Shown piece after piece: positions 51,801-60,985 of a stretch of 64,000 nucleotides of DNA. Location: the NCBI GenBank assembly GCA_964349585.1, contig CAYGGX010000001.1, forward strand, positions 11,688-75,687, written 5' to 3'. The stretch is from an uncultured Actinotalea sp. (GTDB taxonomy: Bacteria; Actinomycetota; Actinomycetes; Actinomycetales; Cellulomonadaceae). The notes below the pieces were generated by a model. It worked only from the letters and a program-made list of their open reading frames with translations. It was not told the origin of the DNA and did no database searches. The translations under genes were made by a program, and so were the position numbers. Position 1 is the stretch's first letter. Every line of letters begins with the position of its first letter.

Positions 51801-52297
51801 GGGTCCAGTCTCCCCCAACCGGCGCCCTGCTCGGGTCCCGGGCCCGGTGGGGCCACCGCCGACATCGCCTCGCCGAGGGCACGGAGCTGCGCGTCGCTGA
51901 TCCGGTCGACGAGCTCGGCCCGCACCGCTTCGACGTGCCCCGGCGCCGCCGCGGCAAGGGCCCCGAAGCCCTGCTCGGTCAGCACGCAGCTCACCCCCCT
52001 GCCGTCTGCGGGGCAGGTCCGCCGCTCGACCAGCCCGCGCCGCTCAAGGCGGGTCACCGTGTGGCTGATCCGGCTCCGGGACTGCACGAGGGACCGGGCC
52101 AGCTCCGACATCCGGACGGAGCGCGCCGGCGCATCGGAGAGCCGGACGAGGATCTCGTACTCGCTGAGGGAGAGACCGGCGTCGCGCTCGAGCTGACGGT
52201 TCAGCGCCTCGGTCAGCCTCGCTGTCCCCGCCAGGTAGGCGCGCCAGTGGCGCTGCTGCTCCGCGCTGAGCCAGGGCTCGCGCTGCGTGGCGGCCAT
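51797..52297 (-). CDS. MarR-family transcriptional regulator
   Basis: WLSAEQQRHWRAY, LSEYEILVRL, SRSRISHTVTRLERRGLV, DGRG. Confidence 0.9.
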   Translation of the reverse strand: MAATQREPWLSAEQQRHWRAYLAGTARLTEALNRQLERDAGLSLSEYEILVRLSDAPARSVRMSELARSLVQSRSRISHTVTRLERRGLVERRTCPADGRGVSCVLTEQGFGALAAAAPGHVEAVRAELVDRISDAQLRALGEAMSAVAPPGPGPEQGAGWGRLDP

Positions 52298-52308
52298 GCA
52301 TGCCACCG

Positions 52309-52326
52309 TAGTAGAAGCGTCAACTA
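52309..52326. promoter_or_regulatory. Candidate MarR autoregulatory palindrome TAGTAGAAGCGTCAACTA
   Basis: 7 of 9 arm positions complementary; abuts the TACGGT -10 of marR and overlaps the rex stop codon. Confidence 0.5.
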
Positions 52327-52956
52327 CTCATCGCCCTTGCGGCGCTCGTGGAAGGCGAGGATCTGCAGCTCGGTGGCCAGGTCGACCGACCGCACGTCTA
52401 CGCCGTCCGGGACCCGGATCACGGCGGGGACGAACGTGAGGATCCCGGTGACGCCTGCCGCCACCAGGCGGTCGCACACGTCCTGGACCCCCTCGGCCGG
52501 CATGGCGAGCACCGCGAGGCGCGCCCCGGTCCGGCGCACGACGGCGTCCAGGTCAGCCTCGTGCTCGACCACCAGCTCGGCGACGGTGCTGCCCACCACC
52601 TCGGGGTCCGCGTCGATCAGGGCCGCCACCCGGAACCCGGTGCCGACGGCCGCCACGTAGTTTGCCAGGGCGTGTCCGAGGTTGCCCACCCCCACGATCA
52701 CCACCGCCAGGTCACCGGTGAGGCCGAGCGCGGCCGCGATCTGCGCCTGGAGGTGCTCCACGTCGTAGCCCACGCCCCGGACGCCGTGCGAACCGAGGAA
52801 GGACAGGTCCCGCCGCAGCTGGGCCGGGCCGACGCCCGACGCCCCGGCCAGCTCCCCGGAGGACGTGCGCGCCACCCCGGCCTCCGCCAGCTGGTCGAGC
52901 ACCCGCAGGTACAGCGGGAGGCGCGCGACCGTGGACGCCGGGATCTCCCGGGTCAC
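52324..52956 (-). CDS. rex: Redox-sensing transcriptional repressor Rex
   Basis: IPASTVARLPLYLR, LRRDLSFLGSHGVRGVGY, VGVGNLGHAL (NADH-binding), GILTF. Confidence 0.96.
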   Translation of the reverse strand: MTREIPASTVARLPLYLRVLDQLAEAGVARTSSGELAGASGVGPAQLRRDLSFLGSHGVRGVGYDVEHLQAQIAAALGLTGDLAVVIVGVGNLGHALANYVAAVGTGFRVAALIDADPEVVGSTVAELVVEHEADLDAVVRRTGARLAVLAMPAEGVQDVCDRLVAAGVTGILTFVPAVIRVPDGVDVRSVDLATELQILAFHERRKGDE

Positions 52957-53210
52957 GCCCCGGCCTCGACGGCCCGCTGCACCCGGCGGGCGTCGAGGCG
53001 CCAGTAGCCCTGCTGAACACCGTCGACGGTGACGACCGGCACGAGCTCCCCGTACGTCTCCGCCACCGCGAGGTCATCGTCGACGTCCACCTCGGACCAG
53101 GTCACCCCGGTCGCGTCGGCCACCTCACGGACCACCGCGCGAGCGGCATCACACAGGTGACACTCCTGCCGTACGTACAGGATCACCCGGTCGTTCGCCT
53201 CCACAGCCAT
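52953..53210 (-). CDS. Glutaredoxin-family protein
   Basis: CHLC motif; YGELVPVVTVDG; TAGGGT 6 nt before ATG. Confidence 0.88.
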   Translation of the reverse strand: MAVEANDRVILYVRQECHLCDAARAVVREVADATGVTWSEVDVDDDLAVAETYGELVPVVTVDGVQQGYWRLDARRVQRAVEAGA

Positions 53211-53244
53211 GAGGCCACCCTAGAACGGTGACTACAGTTGACGG

Positions 53245-54063
53245 GTGCCCGAGCCGACTTCTGCCTCCGTCGGCCCAGAACCAGACCCGTCCCGCACGGC
53301 CGCCTTCTTCGACCTGGACAACACGATCATCCGCGGCGCGAGCGCGTTCCACCTGGCTGTGGGCCTGCGCAGTCGCGGCTTCTTCGGCACCTGGGACCTG
53401 ATCACCTTCGCGTTCCACCAGGCCCGCTACCTCGCGTTCGGCGAGAACCTCCGGCAGATCGCGACCGTCCGGACCCGCGCGCTGGACATCGTCGCCGGCC
53501 ACTCGGTCGCCGAGATCGCCGCCGTCGGCGAGGAGATCTGGGACGAGGTGCTGTCGCTACGCATCTTCCCCGGCACCCAGGCCCTGCTCACCGAGCACAT
53601 CGAGGCCGGCCACCAGGTGTGGATCATCACCGCCAGCCCGGTGGAGATCGGCGAGCTGATCGGGCGTCGACTCGGCGCGACCGGCGCGCTGGGCACCGTC
53701 GCGGAGCACGTCGACGGCATCTACACCGGGCGGCTCGTCGGCGACATGCTGCACGGCAGGGCCAAGGCGGAGGCCGTGCGGGTGCTCGCGGAGTCCGAGG
53801 GCCTGGACCTCCAGGCCTGCTATGCGTACGGAGACTCCACGCACGACGTGCCGATCCTGTCGTCAGTGGGTCACCCCGTGGCGATCAACCCCGATGCACG
53901 CCTGCGCCGGCACGCCCGGGCCGTCGGCTGGCCGATCCAGGAGTTCCGCGGCCGTCGACGCGCCCGCCGGGGCGCCCAGACCGCGAGCGTCGCGGGTGCG
54001 GCCTGGGTCGCGGGACTGATCCTGCGGGCGATCCGTCGGGCTTTCCGACGACGGCTGGGGTGA
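53245..54063 (+). CDS. HAD-IB family hydrolase (SerB-like)
   Basis: AFFDLDNTII, IITAS, K, AYGDSTHDVPIL motifs. Confidence 0.9.
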   Translation: MPEPTSASVGPEPDPSRTAAFFDLDNTIIRGASAFHLAVGLRSRGFFGTWDLITFAFHQARYLAFGENLRQIATVRTRALDIVAGHSVAEIAAVGEEIWDEVLSLRIFPGTQALLTEHIEAGHQVWIITASPVEIGELIGRRLGATGALGTVAEHVDGIYTGRLVGDMLHGRAKAEAVRVLAESEGLDLQACYAYGDSTHDVPILSSVGHPVAINPDARLRRHARAVGWPIQEFRGRRRARRGAQTASVAGAAWVAGLILRAIRRAFRRRLG

Positions 54064-54162
54064 GGCGCCGCTCGAGCGCAGGCGGCCGGATCTACTGGCC
54101 ATCGCCCGGGCGCACAGTTCGGGCCCGGCACCGCGGCACCGGGCCCGGATATCGCGCGAGGA

Positions 54163-54261
54163 CTACTTCTTGTTGCGGCGCTGGTGACGCGTCTTGCGCA
54201 GCAGCTTGCGGTGCTTCTTCTTGGCCATGCGCTTTCGGCGCTTCTTGATGACAGAGCCCAC
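54163..54261 (-). CDS. 30S ribosomal protein bS22 (AURKAIP1/COX24-like)
   Basis: GSVIKKRRKRMAKKKHRKLLRKTRHQRRNKK from GTG 54261. Confidence 0.93.
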   Translation of the reverse strand: MGSVIKKRRKRMAKKKHRKLLRKTRHQRRNKK

Positions 54262-54432
54262 GGGTCCTCGCAGATGTGATCGGGTCGAACCCTGGGGCCG
54301 GTGGCCGGCAGAGCCCTCGCGCTCGGGAAAGTCCGCGGCCCACTCTACCGGGTCCACCGACGCGCCGCGTCCGCGCTCCTCAGCCGACCCGTGCCTGAGG
54401 CTTTGGGCCGAGGGCGTCCCGGTCCCGCCGCC

Positions 54433-54651
54433 TCAGGAGGAGAGCTCGTCCCGCGCCGACGGCGGCGTCGAGGAGGCCGCGAGGTAGGCGTCGAGGGCGT
54501 CCTGCGGCACCCGGAAGGAGCGCCCCACCCTGACCGCCGGCAGCTCGCCGCTGTGCACGAGGCGGTACACCGTCATCCGGGACAGCCGCATCATCTCGGC
54601 GACCTCGGCGACCGTCAGGTAACGCACCCGCCTGCTCTCCACGCTCCACAT
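54433..54651 (-). CDS. Excisionase-family small HTH DNA-binding protein (Rv0500A/BdtA-like)
   Basis: YLTVAEVAEMMRLSRMTVYRLVHSGELPAVRVGRSFRVP; conserved position next to bS22. Confidence 0.9.
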   Translation of the reverse strand: MWSVESRRVRYLTVAEVAEMMRLSRMTVYRLVHSGELPAVRVGRSFRVPQDALDAYLAASSTPPSARDELSS

Positions 54652-54723
54652 CCCGTCGGTGCCGCTCGATGCGTGCCGGCGCGGTCCACCCGCGCTCGGC
54701 CACACCCTAGGCCCTGGTGGTAC

Positions 54724-54750
54724 AGGAGTGATAGGGGTGATTAGAGTGAA
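54724..54750. repeat. Three tandem imperfect 9-bp repeats
   Basis: AGGAGTGAT/AGGGGTGAT/TAGAGTGAA, overlapping the -35 position of the HTH gene promoter (-10 TAGGGT at 54704-54709, minus strand). Confidence 0.6.
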
Positions 54751-55925
54751 CTCGCTCCGTCGGGCGCCTCGAGGTCGTGGAGCCCGAAGACCGCCCGCAC
54801 CGTCTCCCCGATCGCCCGACCGGCTGCACCGTCCGGATCCACCGACTCGTCGGTCGTCAGGCCCGCCGTCCCGTCACCCATGACTGCCGGCGCCGGGAAG
54901 CCGAGCCCTCGCAGCACGTGCTCCCGCCAGGCCGCGGGCACGGGCGTCCGTGGGTCCACCGGAGCGTGGGCGGCAATCGCAAGCAGGTGCGTCCAGACCC
55001 GGGGCACCACCTGGGCGATCGCGTACCCGCCCCCGCCCAGCGCCAGCCACCGACCCTCCGCCAGGTCGTGCGCGGCGTCGTGCACCAGGGCCGCGGCCGT
55101 GCGCTGGGCATCGACCGAGACCGACAGATTGGCCAGCGGGTCGAGCCCATGGGCGTCGCAGCCGTGCTGGCTCACGACGAGGTCCGGACGAAAAGCCGTA
55201 AGCAACGGGAGCACCACGGCGGTCACCGCCCGCAACCACGCGGCGTCCTCGGTGCCTGCGGGGAGGGCGACGTTCACCGCCAGGCCCCGCGCCCGGGGCC
55301 CGCCGATGTCGGTCGCAAAGCCGCTGCCCGGGAACAAGGTTCTCCCGCTCTCGTGCACCGACACGGTAAGCACCCGCGGGTCGTCCCAGAACGCATGCTC
55401 GACGCCGTCGCCGTGGTGCGCGTCCAGGTCGACGTAGGCCACCCGCCGGGCGCCGGCGTCCAGCACCGCCCGGATGGCCGCCACCGGGTCGTTGTAGATG
55501 CAGAAGCCCGACGCGCGATCGGGCATCGCGTGGTGCAGGCCGCCGGCCAGGTTGACCGCGTGCTCGGCCGCCCCTCGCCACACGGCGAGCGCCGACTCCA
55601 CGCTGCCCGCCACGGCCCGGGCTGCCGCGTCGTGCATGCCGCTGAACACCGGGTCGTCGTCGGTGCCGAGCCCGCGCGCCAGGTCGGGGAGCCCCGTCCG
55701 CTCGGCGCGCCGAACCGCCGCGACGTAGTCCAGGTCGTGCGCGTACCCGAGGACTTCGTCCGGCGCCGGATCGGCGCCGACCACGTCGACGCGATCCAGC
55801 ACCCCGAGTTCGCGGGCGAGCCGGAACGTCAGGTCCAACCGCAACGGCGCCATCGGGTGCCGGGGACCGAAGTCGTACCCCAGCAGCGCCGGGGACCAGA
55901 CCACGCGGGCGCGGCGGGCGGTCAT
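54741..55925 (-). CDS. acuC: Acetoin utilization protein AcuC / histone-deacetylase-family enzyme
   Basis: HPMAPLRL, GGLHHA, SGFCIYND, DLDAHHGDGV, SVHE, QHGCDAHGLDPL, GGGGY. Confidence 0.92.
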   Translation of the reverse strand: MTARRARVVWSPALLGYDFGPRHPMAPLRLDLTFRLARELGVLDRVDVVGADPAPDEVLGYAHDLDYVAAVRRAERTGLPDLARGLGTDDDPVFSGMHDAAARAVAGSVESALAVWRGAAEHAVNLAGGLHHAMPDRASGFCIYNDPVAAIRAVLDAGARRVAYVDLDAHHGDGVEHAFWDDPRVLTVSVHESGRTLFPGSGFATDIGGPRARGLAVNVALPAGTEDAAWLRAVTAVVLPLLTAFRPDLVVSQHGCDAHGLDPLANLSVSVDAQRTAAALVHDAAHDLAEGRWLALGGGGYAIAQVVPRVWTHLLAIAAHAPVDPRTPVPAAWREHVLRGLGFPAPAVMGDGTAGLTTDESVDPDGAAGRAIGETVRAVFGLHDLEAPDGASSL

Positions 55926-56021
55926 GGTTCACGGTAGCCCGGGGCCGCTCGTCGCGAGCCCCGACGGATCGCGATGTGCCAGAGTGGGTCCGCTGAGTCG
56001 CTCTCGCATGCGGAGGTGGGG

Positions 56022-57392
56022 ATGGAGGTCCCGCGTCCCCTCGCGGCCGCGCGCAACTTCGTCGACGAGGTAGCCCGCCACTCCCCGGCCCGGCTGGCGC
56101 TCACGGTCTTCGCAAGCGTGATCGCCGTGTTCACCGCGCTGCTGTCGACGCCGCAGGCCACCGCCTCGGGGGAGCAGGCTCCCTTCGCGGACGCCCTGTT
56201 CACCGCCACCTCGGCCGTCTGCGTCACCGGACTGGTCACGGTCCCCACGGGCACCTATTGGTCCTTCTTCGGCCAGGTCGTGATCCTCGTGGCGATCAAG
56301 ATCGGCGGCCTCGGCGTGATGACGCTCGCCTCCCTGCTCGGGATGGCCGTCTCCCGGCGCATCGGCCTCACCCAGCGGCTGCTCACGGCCTCCGAGACCC
56401 GCAGCACGGGGCTGGGTCAGGTCGGCTCCCTGATCCGCGTCATCATCATCACCTCGCTCGCGATCGAGGCGGTGATCGCCGCCGTCCTGATCCCGCGGTT
56501 CGCCACGCTCGGCGAGGACCTGGGCGAGGCGGTCTGGCACGGGGTCTTCTACGCCATCTCTGCCTTCAACAACGCCGGGTTCGTCCCGACGGCGGAGGGC
56601 CTCGCGCCGCACGTCGCAGACTGGTGGCTCGGGCTGCCCATCCTGGTCGGCGTGTTCATCGGCTCGCTAGGCTTCCCGGTGATCTTCAACCTGTCGCAGC
56701 GCCGGCGCGGTCAGGGACGCCTCACCCTGCACACGAAGCTGACGCTCGCGGTCTCCACCGCCCTGCTGGTTGCGACAACCATCCTGATCGGCGCCTTCGA
56801 GTGGAACCGCCCCGAGACGTTCGGACCCCTGAACGGCCCGACGAAGGTCCTGGCGGCCCTGTTCAGCGGCGTGATGCCGCGCTCGGGCGGGTTCTCCACC
56901 GTGGACACCGGCGAGATGCACGAGGCGAGCTGGCTCGTCACGGACGCCGTGATGTTCATCGGCGGGGGCAGCGCCTCGACGGCCGGCGGCATCAAGGTGA
57001 CCACCCTCGCCGTCCTGCTGCTGGCCATCTACTCCGAGGCGCGCGGCGACCGGGACATGGAGGCGTTCGGTCGCCGGGTCCCGATGGAGAGCCTGCGGCT
57101 GGCCGTCGCGGTGACGGTGATCAGCGCGCTCACGGTGTTCGTCGCGACCTTGGTGTTGCTCGAGGTCACCGGCTGGCCCCTGGACGTGGTGATCTTCGAG
57201 GTGATCTCGGCCTTCGCCACCGTCGGGCTGAGCACCGGGGTGACCCCCGACCTGCCCGAGGCGGGCAAGTACGTGCTGTCCGTGCTGATGTTCGTCGGCC
57301 GGACGGGGACAATGACACTGGCTGGCGCCCTCGCCCTGCGCGACCGGCGCAGGGTGATCCGCTACCCCGAGGAGAGGCCGATCATTGGCTGA
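56022..57392 (+). CDS. trkH: Trk/Ktr potassium uptake membrane subunit
   Basis: TATSAVCVTGL, SAFNNAGF, RSGGF, STAGGIKVTT, SAFATVGLSTG; GGAGG RBS before ATG 56022. Confidence 0.92.
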   Translation: MEVPRPLAAARNFVDEVARHSPARLALTVFASVIAVFTALLSTPQATASGEQAPFADALFTATSAVCVTGLVTVPTGTYWSFFGQVVILVAIKIGGLGVMTLASLLGMAVSRRIGLTQRLLTASETRSTGLGQVGSLIRVIIITSLAIEAVIAAVLIPRFATLGEDLGEAVWHGVFYAISAFNNAGFVPTAEGLAPHVADWWLGLPILVGVFIGSLGFPVIFNLSQRRRGQGRLTLHTKLTLAVSTALLVATTILIGAFEWNRPETFGPLNGPTKVLAALFSGVMPRSGGFSTVDTGEMHEASWLVTDAVMFIGGGSASTAGGIKVTTLAVLLLAIYSEARGDRDMEAFGRRVPMESLRLAVAVTVISALTVFVATLVLLEVTGWPLDVVIFEVISAFATVGLSTGVTPDLPEAGKYVLSVLMFVGRTGTMTLAGALALRDRRRVIRYPEERPIIG

Positions 57393-58125
57393 CGACCTGT
57401 ACCCGACCGAGATCCAGCCCTCGCTGGACACCGAGGTGCCCGCCGGAGTGCGCCGCGCGAGGACCGACAAGGAGACCAAGGGCAAGGGGGTGCTCGTGAT
57501 CGGCCTCGGCCGGTTCGGGTCGTCCATCGCCCTGACGCTCGAGCGGCTCGGTCACGACGTGCTCGCCGTGGAGCGCTCCGCGGACCGCGTGCAGCACTAC
57601 AGCGGGCGCTTCCCGCTGGTGGAGGCCGATGCGACGAACCCCGAGGCGCTACTCCAGCTCGGCGCGAGGGAGTTCGGCGTCGCGGTGGTCGGGGTGGGCA
57701 CGTCGCTCGAGGCCAGCGTGCTGATCACCGGCAACCTGGTCGACATGGGCACCCAGCAGATCTGGGCGAAGGCGATCTCCGCCGAGCACTCGCGCATCCT
57801 GCACCGGATCGGCGCGCACCACGTGGTGCTCCCGGAGGCCGACGCGGGCAACCGCGTGGCGCACCTGGTGAGCGGCAAGCTCCTGGACTACATCGAGGTC
57901 GAGGACGACTTCACGATCGTGAAGATGCGCCCGCCGCGCGAGACCCAGGGGTTCACCATCGGCCAGTCCCAGATCCGCAAGCGGTACGGCGTCACGGTGA
58001 TCGGGGTCAAGCCGCCCGGGGAGGACTTCCTCTACGCGACCGAGGAGACCCGGATCTCGGCGAACGACATCCTGATCGTCTCGGGTCACGCCGCGCTGCT
58101 GGAGCGGTTCGCCGCCCGACCCTGA
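57385..58125 (+). CDS. trkA: Trk/Ktr potassium uptake NAD-binding subunit
   Basis: VIGLGRFG, ADAT, IWAKA, IGAHHVVLPE, RCK_C-like C-terminus. Confidence 0.92.
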   Translation: MADDLYPTEIQPSLDTEVPAGVRRARTDKETKGKGVLVIGLGRFGSSIALTLERLGHDVLAVERSADRVQHYSGRFPLVEADATNPEALLQLGAREFGVAVVGVGTSLEASVLITGNLVDMGTQQIWAKAISAEHSRILHRIGAHHVVLPEADAGNRVAHLVSGKLLDYIEVEDDFTIVKMRPPRETQGFTIGQSQIRKRYGVTVIGVKPPGEDFLYATEETRISANDILIVSGHAALLERFAARP

Positions 58126-58130
58126 GCGGC

Positions 58131-58163
58131 CGTGCGGCCCGCGCCAGGGGCGCGAGCCGCACG
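58131..58163 (-). terminator. Hairpin between convergent trkA and mmsB
   Basis: 15-bp stem, fully paired with one G-U on the minus strand. Confidence 0.6.
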
Positions 58164-58179
58164 ATTCCTCCTCAGCCGG

Positions 58180-59358
58180 CTATCGGGTCTCGGAGCGGCT
58201 CTTGTTGTAGATGTCGAACGCGACGGCCAGGAGCAGGACGAGGCCCTTGACCACCTGCTGGACGGGCGTCTCGACCCCCATCAGCTGCATGCCGTTGCTC
58301 ATCACGGCCATGATCAGGCCGCCGACCATCGCGCCAGGCACCGTGCCGATCCCGCCCGTGACGGCCGCTCCGCCGATGAAGCAGGCGGCGATCGCGTCGA
58401 GCTCGAACATGTTGCCGGCCGCGGGCTGCGCGGCGTTGGAGCGGGACGCGAACACCAGACCGGCGACGGAGGCGAGAACGCCCATGTTGAGAATGACGCC
58501 GAAGTTGACCCACTTGGTCTTCACGCCGGACAGCGCGGCAGCGGTGCGGTTGCCGCCCAGAGCGTAGATGTGCCGGCCGAACACCGTCCGGGTGGTCACC
58601 AGCCCGTAGGTGAGGATCAGGACCGCGAGCAGGATCAGCACGTTCGGCAGGCCACGCCAGTTCGCGAGCTGCCACGCGAACCACATCACGACGGCGGCGA
58701 CCAGCACCAGCTGCAGCGCGAACACGTAGATCGGCTGGACCGACTGCTGGTAGGCGATGCGGGCCCGCCGGGAGCGCCACTGGCTCCAGGCGTAGGCGAC
58801 GACCGCGATCGCGAAGATGACCAGGGTGAAGATGTCGTACCCGGGCCCACCGAGCAGACCGTTCTGGAACCCCGCGGCCAGGAAGGTGAACGGCTCACCG
58901 AACGGGCCGAGCGAGACGCTGTTGAGTACGAGGGCGGCCAGGCCGCGGAACAGCAGCATGCCGGCGAGGGTCACGATGAACGCCGGGATCCCGACGAACG
59001 CCACCCAGAAGCCCTGCCACGCGCCGATCAGCACGCCAACCGTGAGTCCCGCGAGGATGCCCACCCACCACGGCATCTGGTTCTTGACCACGATGACCGC
59101 GGCCACCGCGCCGACCACGGCCACGACCGCACCGACGGACAGGTCGATGTGCCCGGCGATGATCACCATCACCATGCCGATGGCCAGGATGAGGATGTAG
59201 GAGTACTGCAGGACCAGGTTGGTCAGGTTCCCCGGCCCGAGGGACAGGCCGTCGGTGATCACGGCGAAGAACGCCACGATCGCCACGAAGGCGATGTAGA
59301 TGCCGCTCTGGCGCAGGTTGGTGGTGAACAACTCCTTGATGGAGGCCGCGACACTCAT
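58180..59358 (-). CDS. mmsB: Multiple monosaccharide ABC transporter permease
   Basis: [51 protein letters not shown]. Confidence 0.92.
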   Translation of the reverse strand: MSVAASIKELFTTNLRQSGIYIAFVAIVAFFAVITDGLSLGPGNLTNLVLQYSYILILAIGMVMVIIAGHIDLSVGAVVAVVGAVAAVIVVKNQMPWWVGILAGLTVGVLIGAWQGFWVAFVGIPAFIVTLAGMLLFRGLAALVLNSVSLGPFGEPFTFLAAGFQNGLLGGPGYDIFTLVIFAIAVVAYAWSQWRSRRARIAYQQSVQPIYVFALQLVLVAAVVMWFAWQLANWRGLPNVLILLAVLILTYGLVTTRTVFGRHIYALGGNRTAAALSGVKTKWVNFGVILNMGVLASVAGLVFASRSNAAQPAAGNMFELDAIAACFIGGAAVTGGIGTVPGAMVGGLIMAVMSNGMQLMGVETPVQQVVKGLVLLLAVAFDIYNKSRSETR

Positions 59359-60896
59359 CGCACCTGCTCCCTCTCCTTGGTCATGAGCTCCATGAGCTTC
59401 TCCTGGGTTGCCTCCGCCGCGGGCACCTCGCCCGTGATGCGCCCGAAGGCCAGCGTGTAGATCCGGTCGCAGATGCCGAGCAGCTCGGGCAGCTCGGAGG
59501 AGATCACGACGACCGCCTTACCGGCCGCGACCAGCCTGTTGATGATGGTGTAGATCTCGTACTTGGCGCCGACGTCGATGCCGCGCGTTGGCTCGTCGAG
59601 GATGAGCACGTCGGGGTCGGTGTAGATCCACTTGCTGAGCACGACCTTCTGCTGGTTGCCCCCGGACAGCTTGCCGGTCAGGTGCAGCACGCTCGGGGTC
59701 TTGATGTTCAGGCTCGTCCGGTACTCCTCGGCGACGTTGATCTCCTCGTTGCCGTTGACCCACCCACGCTTCGAGATCTTGCCCAGACCCGCGGCGGAGA
59801 TGTTCCGCTTCACGTCCTCGATCAGGTTCAGCCCGTACTTCTTGCGGTCCTCGGTGGCGTAGGCCAGGCCCTGCGAGATCGCCTCCGCGACGCTGCGGAC
59901 CTTGATCTCCTCGCCGCGCTTGTAGATCCGGCCGGAGATGTCGCGACCGTACGCGCGGCCGAAGATGCTCATCGCGAGCTCGGTGCGCCCGGCGCCCATC
60001 AGCCCGGCGATCCCGACCACCTCGCCGGCGCGCACGTTGAAGCTCGCGTTCTCGACGACGACTCGCTCGGGCTGCGTGGGGTGGTGCACCGTCCAGTCCT
60101 CGACCCGGAGCACCTCCTCGCCGATCTCGGGCGTCCGCTCCGGGAACCGGTGCTCGATGTCACGGCCGACCATGCTCCGGATCATCCGGTTCTGGGTCGC
60201 CTCGGGGGTGGACATGTCGAGCGTCTCGATCGTCTTGCCGTCCCGCAGGATCGTGGTCCGGTCCGCGATCGCGGCGAGCTCGTTGAGCTTGTGGGAGATC
60301 ATGATGCAGGTGATGCCCTGGGTGTTGAGCTGGCGGAGCAGGTCCAAGAGGTGCGCGGAGTCCTGGTCGTTCAGCGCCGCGGTGGGCTCGTCCAGGATCA
60401 GCAGCTTGACCTCCTTGGAGAGCGCCTTGGCGATCTCGATGAGCTGCTGCTTGCCGACGCCGAGCTGGCTGACGTGGGTCACGGGGTTCTCGTTCAGGCC
60501 CACGCGGTCCATCAGCCTCGCGGCCTCGGCGTTGGTCCGGTTCCAGTCGATCAGCCGGTCGCGGCCGCGCTGCTCGTTGCCGAGGAAGATGTTCTCGGCC
60601 ACCGACAGGAAGGGGATCAGCGCCAGCTCCTGGTGGATGATGACGATGCCCTTGGCCTCGCTGTCGTTGATGCTGTGCAGGACGGCGCGCTCGCCCTCGA
60701 AGATGATCTCGCCGTCGTAGGTGCCGTGCGGGTACACCCCGGACAGCACCTTCATCAGCGTCGACTTGCCTGCGCCGTTCTCCCCGCAGATCGCGTGGAT
60801 CTCGCCCCGCTCGACCTCGAGCGTGACGTCCTGGAGTGCCTTCACGCCGGGGAAGGTCTTGGTGATGGAACGCATCTCCAAGATGTGGTCAGTCAT
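59355..60896 (-). CDS. mmsA: Multiple monosaccharide ABC transporter ATP-binding protein
   Basis: [50 protein letters not shown]. Confidence 0.94.
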   Translation of the reverse strand: MTDHILEMRSITKTFPGVKALQDVTLEVERGEIHAICGENGAGKSTLMKVLSGVYPHGTYDGEIIFEGERAVLHSINDSEAKGIVIIHQELALIPFLSVAENIFLGNEQRGRDRLIDWNRTNAEAARLMDRVGLNENPVTHVSQLGVGKQQLIEIAKALSKEVKLLILDEPTAALNDQDSAHLLDLLRQLNTQGITCIMISHKLNELAAIADRTTILRDGKTIETLDMSTPEATQNRMIRSMVGRDIEHRFPERTPEIGEEVLRVEDWTVHHPTQPERVVVENASFNVRAGEVVGIAGLMGAGRTELAMSIFGRAYGRDISGRIYKRGEEIKVRSVAEAISQGLAYATEDRKKYGLNLIEDVKRNISAAGLGKISKRGWVNGNEEINVAEEYRTSLNIKTPSVLHLTGKLSGGNQQKVVLSKWIYTDPDVLILDEPTRGIDVGAKYEIYTIINRLVAAGKAVVVISSELPELLGICDRIYTLAFGRITGEVPAAEATQEKLMELMTKEREQVR

Positions 60897-60928
60897 GTGA
60901 GCCCTCTCGTAGCCCGGGCGACCGGCCG

Positions 60929-60964
60929 GGCGCCGGTCCGAGGTCTACACCCCGGACCGGCGCC
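60929..60964 (-). other. Intercistronic stem-loop after the substrate-binding gene
   Basis: GGCGCCGGTCCG...CGGACCGGCGCC 12-bp perfect arms between chvE and mmsA. Confidence 0.6.
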
Positions 60965-60985
60965 ACGGCTAGTGCAGTCGATTCA

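Noticed and set aside
52318-52323. TTGACG as the -35 of marR
   Set aside because: Only 7 nt from the TACGGT -10; better explained as part of the palindrome
54433-54651. Excisionase-like gene as a sign of a prophage or integrative element
   Set aside because: No integrase, att repeats or phage genes; it sits in conserved core synteny next to bS22
55926-56021. c-di-AMP (ydaO) riboswitch upstream of trkH
   Set aside because: Only a CCGCTGAGTC resemblance; the region is too short and lacks the other conserved ydaO elements
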